64,000 nucleotides of DNA. Origin: Octopus sinensis. Lineage: Eukaryota. The position numbers and the translations under genes are program-made. The stretch lies in assembly GCF_006345805.1 (NCBI RefSeq), contig NC_043009.1, positions 49,228,001 through 49,292,000 of the forward strand. Reading direction: 5' to 3'. Positions 40,890 through 51,799 of the stretch are shown here, piece after piece. The notes beneath the pieces were generated by a model. It saw only the letters and a list, made by a program, of their open reading frames with translations. It made no database searches and was not told where the DNA came from. Every line of letters starts with the position of its first letter. Position 1 is the first letter of the stretch.

Positions 40890-41370
40890 GGAGACGTGAG
40901 TTCACTTTCCTATAGATCGAGCCAACGCTATCGATGCGTGCGTCAACAATAGCATTATGGTCTCCTAACACCACTAGTGTCTTCGAAGTCACGAAAAAGT
41001 TCTCTAGGCGCCGATAAAAATCAGTTTGAAGTCTTCTAGCACAAGGTGCATAGATTCCGATCAACCTAAAGGCCTTACTGCTGTATGTCACATCAAGGAC
41101 GGCCAGCCCACCTTCAGGGTCTACATAGATTGTACTTGTCCGCAGAGCCAAGTCTTTCCGAACCAGTACTACTACACCTCCTCTCCCTCTGGTCTGGCTA
41201 GGAGACATGATTTTCTCATAGTCATTCAAGGAGGGGCGATAAGGCTTGCAGACTGTCCAACTTGGTCTCTGTAGCAACCATCACATGCATATCGTGTGGT
41301 CCGAGGTCGTCGAGGAAACAAGCTTGCTTCCATTTCGAGCTGAGACTACGCACATTCAAACAGCCAAGAT
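40890..41370 (-). pseudogene. Tx1 ORF2 APE-like endonuclease fragment
   Basis: EN motifs are present, with a frameshift near 41240. Confidence 0.85.
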
Positions 41371-41662
41371 TAAGTGTAGCCAAAACAAGGGGAAAATACA
41401 AGAGTTCTACTTACACTTCACTGGTGATGTTGGGCTGACCTCACAACACATGAGGCAGCCCTTTCCTCCTCCTCCTTCTTCAAATACCCTGGAAGGTCCG
41501 AGATACTCCTGATGGTCTTTGGATGCCTGTCCTTCAGTTGCCTGTAAAGGCTTTCCCCTTAAGTCCTTGTGCTGTTCAAACAGCGTGATGGTGTGGTGAT
41601 CTTTTACAATGTCCTCAATGTATTTGTCTCTGGTGTCATATTTTACCAGGGTTTTCAGTTCG

Positions 41663-43329
41663 TTATCTTTCGTTTTTTCCTCTTTTTTTCTTTGTGGGAC
41701 AATGGGACGGGTTCGTTTCTTTTTTTTTTTTTTTTGTGGTATGGTGCTTCCTTTTTCGTTTTCTTTTGTGGGGTATGTGGATAAGGAAGGTGCATATGTT
41801 CGTTTCCGAACTGCTGCGAACTCCCACCTCAACCACCTCCATGGTGTCGTCCGGGGGAGTTACATGTTCTGGTGTCACTTTAGAAGGGGTTGGGTGTTTT
41901 TGACGTTGTCGGGACTGGTGTAAGCATAGTCTGGGGTTTGGGGATGTCGTGTTTGGGGGCGGGCACCACAGATGGGGGAGTGGGAATTTTGTTTCTGTGG
42001 GGGCTAATGCGTGTGTGGATTTGGGGTCTTTTTTTGTAATTGAGGGGCCTGCTGCCTGTGCCACTTTTCTCTTCCATTGTTCACAGTCTATACGGATGTA
42101 GCCTTTTTTGCCACATTCGTAACACGTTGGCTTTTTGCCCTCTACTTGTATTCTGAGGACGATATCCTCACCCAAGAGCACTTTCTCTGGAAGCATTTCG
42201 ATATCTTTCTGAGTTCCCTGACTAATGGCAGAAATGCTCTGCCCGAGCCAGTTTTGCGGAGCAGAGCGTATGATCTGAAGGAAGGCGATTTTGTCCGTCC
42301 TGTTATACAACACGGCGGCCATCACCTCCCTTACATCAACTTCAGGTGGCACTTCTGGTAGGGGTTAGGGTTAGGGTTAGGGGAAGGGTATATTTTTTCT
42401 TCAGAAATGTAAATAAACCCAATCTGTTTCTTGAACGAATATATAATATGTAAAGTGTGTATCTGTGTAACAGAGAGGGAAATTAAAACTGCATATGTTG
42501 TGAACTTAGAATATGTGTTTATTAATAAAAGTTTAATAACGATAATCTTTTATTCATACGAACGTAACTGATATGAAATATGTCATGAATAACAGTGACA
42601 AACTGAGTAGACACCGCAGGAAATTGTTGTTGACAAACTACAGCAGTAATTGTATTCACCTCAATAGATGTCATTGATTGGTTGAAATTGCAGAAATGCA
42701 AGAAATTTAACAACAAATAGCTTACAAACTGCAGAATTTTCTCAAGAAAGCCAAGAGAAAAAGCTGTTTTATGTAACACATTCTACCAGTATACGAAATT
42801 TAAAAGTGTTTAGTTACAAAGAAATTATTTTTTTAAATCTGCCTGTCAAAGTGAAAAGATCCCACTTTTGTCACTCTTACTCGAGCAGTTCGTCTCCTCA
42901 TGTAGGTTGGCAGAAGTACCAACTCTTTCGTTTTCAGGGGACTCACTGAGTGCTCTTGGGCTTTTACTTCTGTTTCAAATCTGGCCTCTACTGTGCCATA
43001 AGTAGCCCCATATATAGCCCCTCGCTATATACTTTATATCTTCCCATATGGGAGCCAGACATTTTTCAATTTTGCACTGCTCAAAGTGCTTAAATTTCTT
43101 TGTTGAAGGACAGTATGTTTTGAAAACAACTGTCCTTCTTTTCAATTTTTCAACACTAGGTGAGGGTGATATTTTTATATCACCCCACTCTTCTTTCATT
43201 TTTTTCAAAAAGCTCGGAGAGCTTTTCCTTTGGTAGTTCGACGTTTTCAGTAGCCACTGCGATAACTGCTGAAAATTTCTTAACTGGTTGTTACAGTGAA
43301 TTTTTCTCTGAAATCATTTCGACCGACAT
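41663..43329 (-). pseudogene. Tx1 ORF1 (frameshifted, split by an insertion)
   Basis: ...PTYMRRRTARVRVTKV (ends 42863) continues in frame as PPEVDVREVM...CCHC-type knuckle. Confidence 0.8.
42355..42862. mobile_element. AT-rich insertion with a (TTAGGG)3 end and a 5-bp CACTT duplication
   Basis: CACTT at 42350-54 and 42863-67. GGGGTTAGGGTTAGGGTTAGGGGAAGGG at 42361-88. Confidence 0.6.
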
Positions 43330-43332
43330 ATT

Positions 43333-43757
43333 CGTTCGAAACAAATTTATACACAATTTAATCCCGAAAATGGGAAACCTATAATTTTTTACTTTTTTTT
43401 TTCCTCTCAACGAGGACAACAGTTCAAATCCCACCCCTGCTGAGGGGCGAGACGTAACAACGTTCGAAATTAAATTTTTCACACAATAATAAATATACGG
43501 TATCCCAAAAACGGGAAACCTATAATTTTTTTTTCTTTCCTTCACAACGAGAACAACAGTTCAAATCTCACCCCCGCTAGTGGCGAGATGCCACAGTAGA
43601 GCCTACAACGGCTAAAATTTAATTTTTCACACAATAATAAATTGATTATCCCCCAAAACGGAAAACCTATAATAGTTTTACCTCTTAATGAGGATAACAG
43701 TTCAAATCCCACCCCCGTTGGGGGTGGGGGCACGAGAATAAAGCCTACAACGGCTTT
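43333..43757. repeat. Three ~140-bp monomers in the Tx1 5'UTR
   Basis: AGTTCAAATC at 43421, 43558 and 43699 (periods 137 and 141). Repeated ACACAAT and GGAAACCTATAAT blocks. Confidence 0.85.
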
Positions 43758-44252
43758 AACAAGTTCAATATTTCAAGAATTCACGACTGCAAAAGTGGCT
43801 TTACATAAACAATTACTTTCTCCCGTCACAGGGAAAAAAGCACAAAAGTTTTCAAAATTTAAAAGTTCAACAATGTTCAACAGTTCGAAAATATTCAACA
43901 ATAAACAGTCAACAATTCCAAAAGAAAAATTATCCAACGTTCAATAAAACGTTTGACACACTGCCAAAAAAACATATCTAACCACGAGACAGGTAAGCAA
44001 ACTACTTATTACACAGCCAATCCTGCCTTATATATATAATATGAAGGGTTTAATTCACTTGTGAACTAAATAATTAGGTATGTTGGATAAGTGATATAGT
44101 AGGTTCACCTTCGGGTTCCAAGATCACTGCTAAGGCTGGATCTAGGGATCTTGGTTAGGGCTCCGTTAAAGCAGGTATATATCATATTATAGAAAAATCA
44201 AAACGGAGGCAGAATCAGTATCTCAAGTAATTTGGAATAATTTAATTTGAAG

Positions 44253-44326
44253 TCTTACAGTTGTTTCTGGGATAACCCAAGTGGTAGGTTAACATGTCCA
44301 TGCACTGGATATTCAATCTTCAGAGA
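44253..44326 (-). ncRNA. Type I hammerhead with intact core and extended, imperfect stem II
   Basis: Minus strand: TCT-CTGAAGA-TTGAATATCCAGTG...CACTTGGGTTATCCCA-GAAAC-AACT-GT-A-AGA. Confidence 0.6.
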
Positions 44327-44805
44327 TAAGGTATGAATATTTTAGACGTGGAAGAATTTACAGTTTATAGGGAATAAAATTCACTGTTTTTAAGGAATAA
44401 AATAGAAGAGTAAATAGTAAAATTGGTTAGAAGAATATACAAGAGAATAGTGTTCACAACTCATATTTTTCCAGAGGATATGGATGTTGGTCGGTACTTC
44501 CATGAAGGTACAGGTCCTTAGTTAAAATCCCAAGTAAATCCAGGCAATATTTTGGCAGTATTTTGAATGATGTATTCATATTGTAAATGTGTATATAGAA
44601 ATTATGATCGACACAAATGGGTTTTGTGAGTGAGTATATGAGAGAGAGGGGGGAGAAAGAGAGAGAGAAAAATAGGAGAAGGAAATAAAAAATAGAGTGG
44701 TAAAAGGGTAGAAAATATTAAACTATTCTAAATGACTTGAGATACTTGTTTCTGCCTTGGTTTTGATTTTTCCTCTAATATAATATAATATACCATTATA
44801 TATAT

Positions 44806-45012
44806 ATAGAATGGTTGTATACTGTCAATCTATCGTGAACATGACAGTAGGGGGTTACACCATCGCTGTTTAGCCCTGTTTAGCCCTAGGAAGCATCGAC
44901 GCCTCCTGATGGCTTTGACACAGGAGGCGTCGATGCTTCCTAGGGCTAAACAGCGGTGGTGTAACCCCCCACTGTCACGTCACGTTAGATTGACAGTATA
45001 CAACCATTCTAT
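44806..45012. repeat. ~205-bp palindrome (foldback), 12-nt loop
   Basis: Arms ATAGAATGGTTGTATACTGTCAATCTA...CGACGCCTCCTG and its reverse complement. Loop 44909-44920. A single-arm relative lies at 29905-30010. Confidence 0.9.
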
Positions 45013-45304
45013 CGCCCCACCACCGTACATATCTCTATAAGAGATTTAGAAATTTAATATATATATATATATATATTGTCTATTTACTAACTAACTGACC
45101 ATAACAGATTATTACCTCCCAGAGTTAAAGGATTATATGCCTTCAGCTTTAAAGTCTGGCGAGTTGTCCATGGGGCTGAGCTCTTTATGAATGCAAAACC
45201 ATTGGTCACTCTATGCCCATATACTTAACTGCATATAAATACATTTCTCTTCTATGCTTTATCTTTTGGGGATATATGATACACTGACAATATATATACC
45301 TTGG

Positions 45305-45710
45305 GATTCTTTTAGTTTCCATCACTAAATCCACTCATAAGGCTTTAGCTGGCCTTGAAATATAGTAAAAGGCACTTGCTTAAGGTGCCACACAGTAACT
45401 CTAAACTCAAACCCAAATGATTGGGAAAAATCCTTCCCGACTCATATAAACTCAAAGAGCCAGTCCCTCAGTTTGCATCCCTGCTAGATAGGATGCTGGT
45501 TCATTGCGGGGTTACTCAATTTGCCAGCTGAGTGGAGTAGGAAAACATGACATAAAGTGTTTTGCATAACATCACAACTCATCACCTGGTCCAGGAATTG
45601 AAACCACAATCTCACAATCATGAGTCCAATATCCCTAACCACTGAGCCACTTACCCTCTACATATGACAGGAAACACATACTTCTTAATCACACAGCCAT
45701 GCCTCTGCCT
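45305..45710 (-). mobile_element. SINE A head split by a nested SINE D (~45470-45660)
   Basis: SINE A pieces at 45305-45440 and 45670-45710 flank a SINE D copy. Confidence 0.65.
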
Positions 45711-45781
45711 TTATTTATATATCTGTGTGTGTGTGTGTGCGTGTGTGCATGCATGTGTGTGCGTGTGTATATGTATATATA

Positions 45782-45828
<47 letters not shown>

Positions 45829-46047
45829 TAGCATGGAAAATGGACGTTAAACGATGATGATGATGATATAAACACTATTGGAACTCACACACAAGGTACA
45901 GGAAACTTGTGTGTATACCATTCTGCTTAAACAATGGATCTGCAGATACAATATCCCTGCATATCTCACATCTGTTTTCAATCCTCCACTTCACTCTATT
46001 TCATATCTTCTCTAGAATAACTATTGCTTAACCATTCACTCACACCA

Positions 46048-46093
46048 TCTCCGATGAAGGGATATATAAAATATCCCGGAAACAGCTGTAAGA
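46048..46093 (+). ncRNA. Minimal type I hammerhead, CCGATGA core variant
   Basis: TCT-CCGATGA-A-GGGATAT-ATAAA-ATATCCC-G-GAAAC-AGCT-GT-A-AGA. Palindromic stem III ACAGCTGT. Confidence 0.68.
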
Positions 46094-46248
46094 CCTTCTC
46101 TTTATAAATGTTCTAAACTCTTTCATAGCCTTGGATCTTTACCTCATTCTGTTAATTTTATATATATATACATATATATATATTGATAGAAATGGTAAGA
46201 CAACAAAAGAATGAAAGAGACCTCGATATTATGTAAATAGAGGAATTT

Positions 46249-46450
46249 ATCTGTAAATGTAATATGCGACAATTATTTGGTAACCATGATAAAGCTCTGA
46301 GTTTCAGATATCGGGGTGGAAATCCATGCCACCATCTCTTCAGTCCAATGGCCGGATAACTGAAGAGATGGCAGCGTGGATTTCTAGCCCAACATCTGAA
46401 ACTCGGAGTTTTACAATGGCTACCGAATAATTGTCACATATTACATTTAC

Positions 46451-46454
<4 letters not shown>
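46249..46454. mobile_element. Inverted (head-to-head) duplication of a hammerhead-bearing Penelope-like unit
   Basis: About 95-bp inverted arms. Hammerhead on + at 46357-46413 and on - at 46290-46343. Same family as 30086. Confidence 0.8.
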
Positions 46455-46514
<60 letters not shown>

Positions 46515-46522
46515 TGTGTGTG

Positions 46523-46829
46523 GAGGCGCAATGGCCCAGTGGTTAAGGCAGTGGACTCGCGGTCATAGGATCGCGGTTTCGATTCCCAGACCAGGGGTTG
46601 TGAGTGTTTATTGAGCGAAAACACCTAAAGCTCCACGAGACTCTGGCAGAGGGTGGTGGTGATCCCTGCTATACTCTTTCACCACAACTTTCTCTCACTC
46701 TTTTTTCTGTTGGCCTGCTTGCTTAGCCAGCGGGGTAGTGTCATTTGAAGGCTAAAAAACAATGCGGAGCTCATTGTGACCAGCAATGTGTAGCAACATC
46801 TGATAGCCTGGTCGGTCACGGTGATCACG

Positions 46830-46835
<6 letters not shown>
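46523..46835 (+). mobile_element. tRNA-derived SINE (family D-type), near full length
   Basis: GGCGCAATGGCCCAGTGGTTAAGG...GGTTTCGATTCCC head. A relative lies at 58925-59190. Confidence 0.85.
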
Positions 46836-46883
<48 letters not shown>

Positions 46884-48387
46884 GTATACACATACATACA
46901 TACATACATACATATATGTGTGTATGTATGCATGTATGTATATATGTATGTATATATATTCAAATTATGTAACAGAAACAACTATGCAGTAGAAACTTTA
47001 TCAACATAGTATTCTAATGGTATGTATGTATTTGAAAAGCTAGAGCTGAGTGAAATTGCCTCAGGAGTGACCATGAGAGCAGCTGATATATATTTCACCA
47101 TTGTTATTTGGAGCCTCTCCACATCATAAACTCATGTCACTTCCCAGAAAGAAATCAAAAAAGCTAATCTCAAGAATATAGAGATGGTGTATAAAATATA
47201 CACTTGTTTGGAAAGGTGACATATAAACAGACCAAAATCAAAGTTATGCAATAAAACCAAATTTGTAGTGAAGAATTTTATCAATATAACTTTCTTAGTG
47301 TATATATGTTTAGTTTGAAAAGCCAGAGACGGAAGTTATTGTCCAGGAAAAATCTTTTTATGCAAGTATTGTATGAAGAAACAAAGTCACCCCAGAAGTG
47401 ACCATGAAAGAGTCAGCTGTGTATTTCTCTATTGTTGTGGCTTCTCAATGCCATGTACTTGTATCATTTCTGAGAAAAATATTGAATCAACCTCTGGCTT
47501 TTCAACAAGCCACATCATATGTTAATTTATACTGACAATGATTTTACTATAGAGCTGCTTCTTCTATTGCATAATTTGAATTTTGTTTTGCTTATGTAAC
47601 ACCTTTTCAAATCAGTGTGTGGTTTATACAATATCTTGATATACTTCAGACTACTTGATTTGATTTCATTCTGTAAGTGACATGAATAAGTGGTGATAAT
47701 GGGAAATGGGGGTTTGCTAGTGGTGTTGTTATGTAATGGTGGTTTTGGTGGCTGTGGTCATGGTGTATACATGCATGTATGCAGATATGTATGCATGCTC
47801 TCAAACATGCATATACATTTGGCATATATAGGAATACACACACATAAACAGGCAATGAAACATACACTTGTGTTCTATTATGATACATACAGCCATAAAT
47901 TCAAGTTTATACACATGCACTTCATGCACACATACATATCACATCAACCATTCTACATAACCACAAGCTCCAAAAGCATCTTGTCTTGAGTAAAAGAGCT
48001 CTCCATTTCGTTTATGACTGGCTTCATTTCTTCAAAAGGAAAAAAAAATCTTAAAATAAATCTGAAGGAAGGAAGTAAACATGCACACATGCATATATAC
48101 ATACATAGATACGTGTATTCCTATCTACATATGTCAAACAGCTGTCATGATGGTGGTGGTGGTGGTGGTGTTAGGAAGAGCACTGGCATTTCAAACGGTA
48201 TCTTTGGTATTAGGAAGGGCATCTAGCCATAGAAATTATTCCAATGTTGAGATTAGAAACTCAAAGCAAACCTGCTGCTCACCAGATCCTATCAAGCAAT
48301 CCATTTCATGTCAGCATTGAAAATAGAACATTAAATAACGGTGATGATGATATGATGGTGATGGTGATGGTGATGGTGATGATGATG

Positions 48388-48426
<39 letters not shown>

Positions 48427-48450
48427 TATGTTTGTATGTATGTAAGTATG

Positions 48451-48481
<31 letters not shown>

Positions 48482-49525
48482 GTATGTATGTATGTATGTA
48501 TGTATATGTGTGTATGTATGTATGTATGTATGTATGTATTTATTTATTTATGTACATATATAATTACTGCGAGTAGTTTCATCTGTGCCATGGCATCACA
48601 ATAATATCCAGAAATTTGGTCATAATGATCTTCAGCAGATTTACATCATATCTGTTGAGGCAAAGGACCATATGATGGCAGTGTGTCATATGAAGTGTGA
48701 TATCACCAAAGCTTTGAAGTATATGTGTATCTCTACATACATGCATACATACATACATACAGAGCTACACACATACGTGCACATATATACATATATATAT
48801 ATACATATATACATAGACACGCTCATGTATGCACACACACACACGTATATATATTTACACATATACACACATATATATATAGACATATATATTTATCTAT
48901 TTTAATACATCACTAAATGAACAATTATAGATATGCAAGAATGATGAAAGAGAGAAATGAAATGGCTTTGACAACTCATTTTAACATATCTGTGTGTGCG
49001 CATGTGTGTGTGCGTGTGTGTGTGTGTACACCATTCCAATATAATAATGGTATTATCAATTAATGTTCGTATCAATTACTTTGATAAAGAGCCGATAGTA
49101 AATATCTAATGTCTCTTAAGCTGACTATTCTAGCTAGTTTCTAGAGTCAGTAAGTTTATTTGTACACACTTCACACACACATATATCTACATGTGCATAC
49201 ATACACATACAATACATATACTCACACGCACACATACACAACACACACAAATGTATATAAATATATGTATTTATAGATAGATAGATAGATAGATCAGTGC
49301 ACATATATACATACAAACGTATATATATATATATACACACACATACATATATATAAATGTGTGTGTGTGTGTGTGTGTGTAAATGTTGGCATTGGTGTGT
49401 GGATAAGAAAATTGCTTTTTGATACATAATTCTGGATTCAGTCACACTGAAGTGTTTTACTTTTGCCCTGGGCTAACCAATACATGTGAGTGGATTTGGT
49501 AGATGGAAAATGTGTAGAAGCCTGT

Positions 49526-49563
<38 letters not shown>

Positions 49564-49632
49564 TGTGTATACAATTGTCAATTGTGGAACACTACATGAA
49601 CCTGATGATTGCATAATGCATGAAAGTACTAG

Positions 49633-49673
<41 letters not shown>

Positions 49674-49695
49674 TATATATATATATATATATGTC

Positions 49696-49726
<31 letters not shown>

Positions 49727-49729
49727 GTC

Positions 49730-49788
<59 letters not shown>

Positions 49789-50089
49789 CAAAATAAAAGA
49801 TATCCAGAGGTAATGCAGTACGATTATTTCATGCGACTCTATTTAATTGAACACTGCAAACATTACATCAATTTAAAATGTAGAGCAATCTTCAGCTGCA
49901 TAAAAATATAGAATTTAGTTAAATTCGAAGGATTCATTATTCAGAAGTAATCAGTGATAAGCAGCGTCTTCTTTGAAAAAAATCTCAGTTACAGCTATGA
50001 TGTTGTTGATAAAACATTGTTCTTTATCTATCTACTTATACTCTTGGTGATTTTGGATAAAAAGAAAATTATACAAATGAGTCCTTCAA

Positions 50090-50250
50090 AACAAGGGCTG
50101 TGACTGCTGAGGATATGCGTAAGCTTGCAAGGAATGAAGCCAGTATGATCCAATGCTTGTGTAATGTCAGTGTACATACTCGACAGAGTGTAAGTACTTT
50201 GAGAGAAAAGTTGGACCTAAGAAGCATCAGATGTGGTGTGCAAGAGGGAT
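50090..50250 (+). pseudogene. Small RTE-type LINE ORF2 fragment
   Basis: AVTAEDMRKLARNEASMIQCLCNVSVHTRQSVSTLREKLDLRSIRCGVQE resembles the segment preceding the RLRWxGH motif. Confidence 0.6.
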
Positions 50251-50487
50251 GACTGCACTAGTGGTTTTGTCTTTTTATCTTCTCTCCTGGTGCTTTATGA
50301 ACCATTAATGTGGTTTTAGAGTCAAGTTTTGGCTGCTATTCAAGCGTGGTGGTATCTCTTGGATACCCTAAATTATAATTTTAATAATAATTGTTACTTT
50401 TGAAGGTTTTTATTCCAATGCTGGCCACTTGATAAGTTCGATATTTAAATAACAATCTTGTCCTTATTTATATATATAATTATATAT

Positions 50488-50675
50488 GCCGTTCGATTCA
50501 CTTCAACATTTAAGTTTAATTTGTCAAAATATTTTTGTCACTTTAAGACCGCGACCTGTTCACTGACAAAAATCCGAGATGCAGCACGCATTTTTGTCAG
50601 TGAACAGGTCGCGGTCTTAAAGCGACGAAAATATTTTGACAAATTAAACTTAAATGTTTAAGTGAATCGAACGGC
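50488..50675. mobile_element. Palindromic MITE (~85-bp arms, 16-nt loop)
   Basis: GCCGTTCGATTCACTT...GACCTGTTCACTGACAAAAAT and its reverse complement. Confidence 0.85.
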
Positions 50676-51039
50676 TTTTGTGTGTTTCTTAAATGGCTTA
50701 CAAACACCTTCCACGCTGCAATTGTTTTCATTTCAGCACACGATCTCGGATCAAATCACTTGCTATGCAAGTACATCTCCGTAATTATATATGTATATAC
50801 AGTAATCCCTTGCTATATTGTGGTTCACTTATCACGCACTCACTACATCATGGATTTTTCTGGTTAATATATATAAATTTATATTGTGAGCTCCTCAGTA
50901 TGTCACGGGTTTCTGCAGCTGATAGGTATCTATATTTTTTAATTCTCTCTGTGGTAAAATAAGTATTTTCATGCCTAAAATTTAATAAATATAAATAGAG
51001 TACAGTACTGCACTGTATAACATATTAATTCAAATATAT

Positions 51040-51660
51040 TATTTTCTACTCTATGCACAAGGCCTGAAATTTTTGGAGGAGTGGGCATTTGATTAGATTG
51101 ACCCCAGTACACAACTGGTACTTAATTTATCAACCCCGAAAAGATGAAAGGCAAAGTCAACCTCGGTAGAATTTGAACTCAGAACATAAAGGCAGACAAA
51201 ATACCCACAAGGGGCTAAACACAGAGACGACAAACAAAGACAGACAAACGAATTAAGTTGATTATATCAACCCCAGTGCATAACTGGTACTTATTTAATT
51301 GACCCCGAAAGGATGAAAGGTAAAGTCGACCTCGGTGGAACTTGAACTCGGAACGTAGCAGCAGACGAAAATACCGCTAAGCATTTCACCTGGTGTGGTA
51401 ATGTTGCTGCCAGCTCGCCGCCTTTCTAAAATTAAACAGAAAATATTCTTTTCTACTCTAGGCACAAGGCCCAAAATTTTGGGGGAGAGGGCCAGTTGAT
51501 TAGATCAGCTCTAGTACACAACTGGTACTTAATTTATCAACCCCGAAAGGATAAAAGGCAAAGTCAACCTTGGAAGAATTTGAACTCAGAACATAAGGAC
51601 AGATGAAATACCACTAAGTATTTCACCTGATATGTTAATGTTTCTGCCAGCTCACTACCT
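51040..51660 (-). mobile_element. SINE family B multimer
   Basis: Three or more units with the diagnostic blocks. Confidence 0.8.
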
Positions 51661-51799
51661 TATTAATTAAAATATATTAAAAGAAAATACATAGTGTACC
51701 ATAGATGAGTAAACAAAGAATTGTGCATACTGTATGGAAAACGAAAGTTAGGTGAGTGTGTGGTATTGCTTTGCATTTATGATAAAATAAATATAGGAT

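Larger units (their letters stand above)
40165..43990 (-). mobile_element. Tx1/L1-clade element: 5'UTR, ORF1 and EN, with the RT core deleted and the 3' end lost
   Basis: ORF1 from the ATG at 43329 includes a gag-like knuckle (CYECGKKGYIRIDC). EN motifs LNVRSL, ATETKL, GGVVVLV, IGIYAP and VLGDHNA. Post-RT motifs KLLGVWFG and HLWLYLDGEQVWSP are homologous to the 11975 element. Confidence 0.88.

Noticed and set aside
42361-42388. Chromosome end or telomere
   Set aside because: Only three TTAGGG units, internal to an insertion.
46523-46595. tRNA gene (also 14690-14755 and other heads)
   Set aside because: There is no complete cloverleaf, and the sequence continues into SINE body sequence.
50100-50195. 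Host exon ending at GAGT|GTAAGT
   Set aside because: The frame continues past the apparent donor as RTE-like LINE peptide, and the acceptor is poor.
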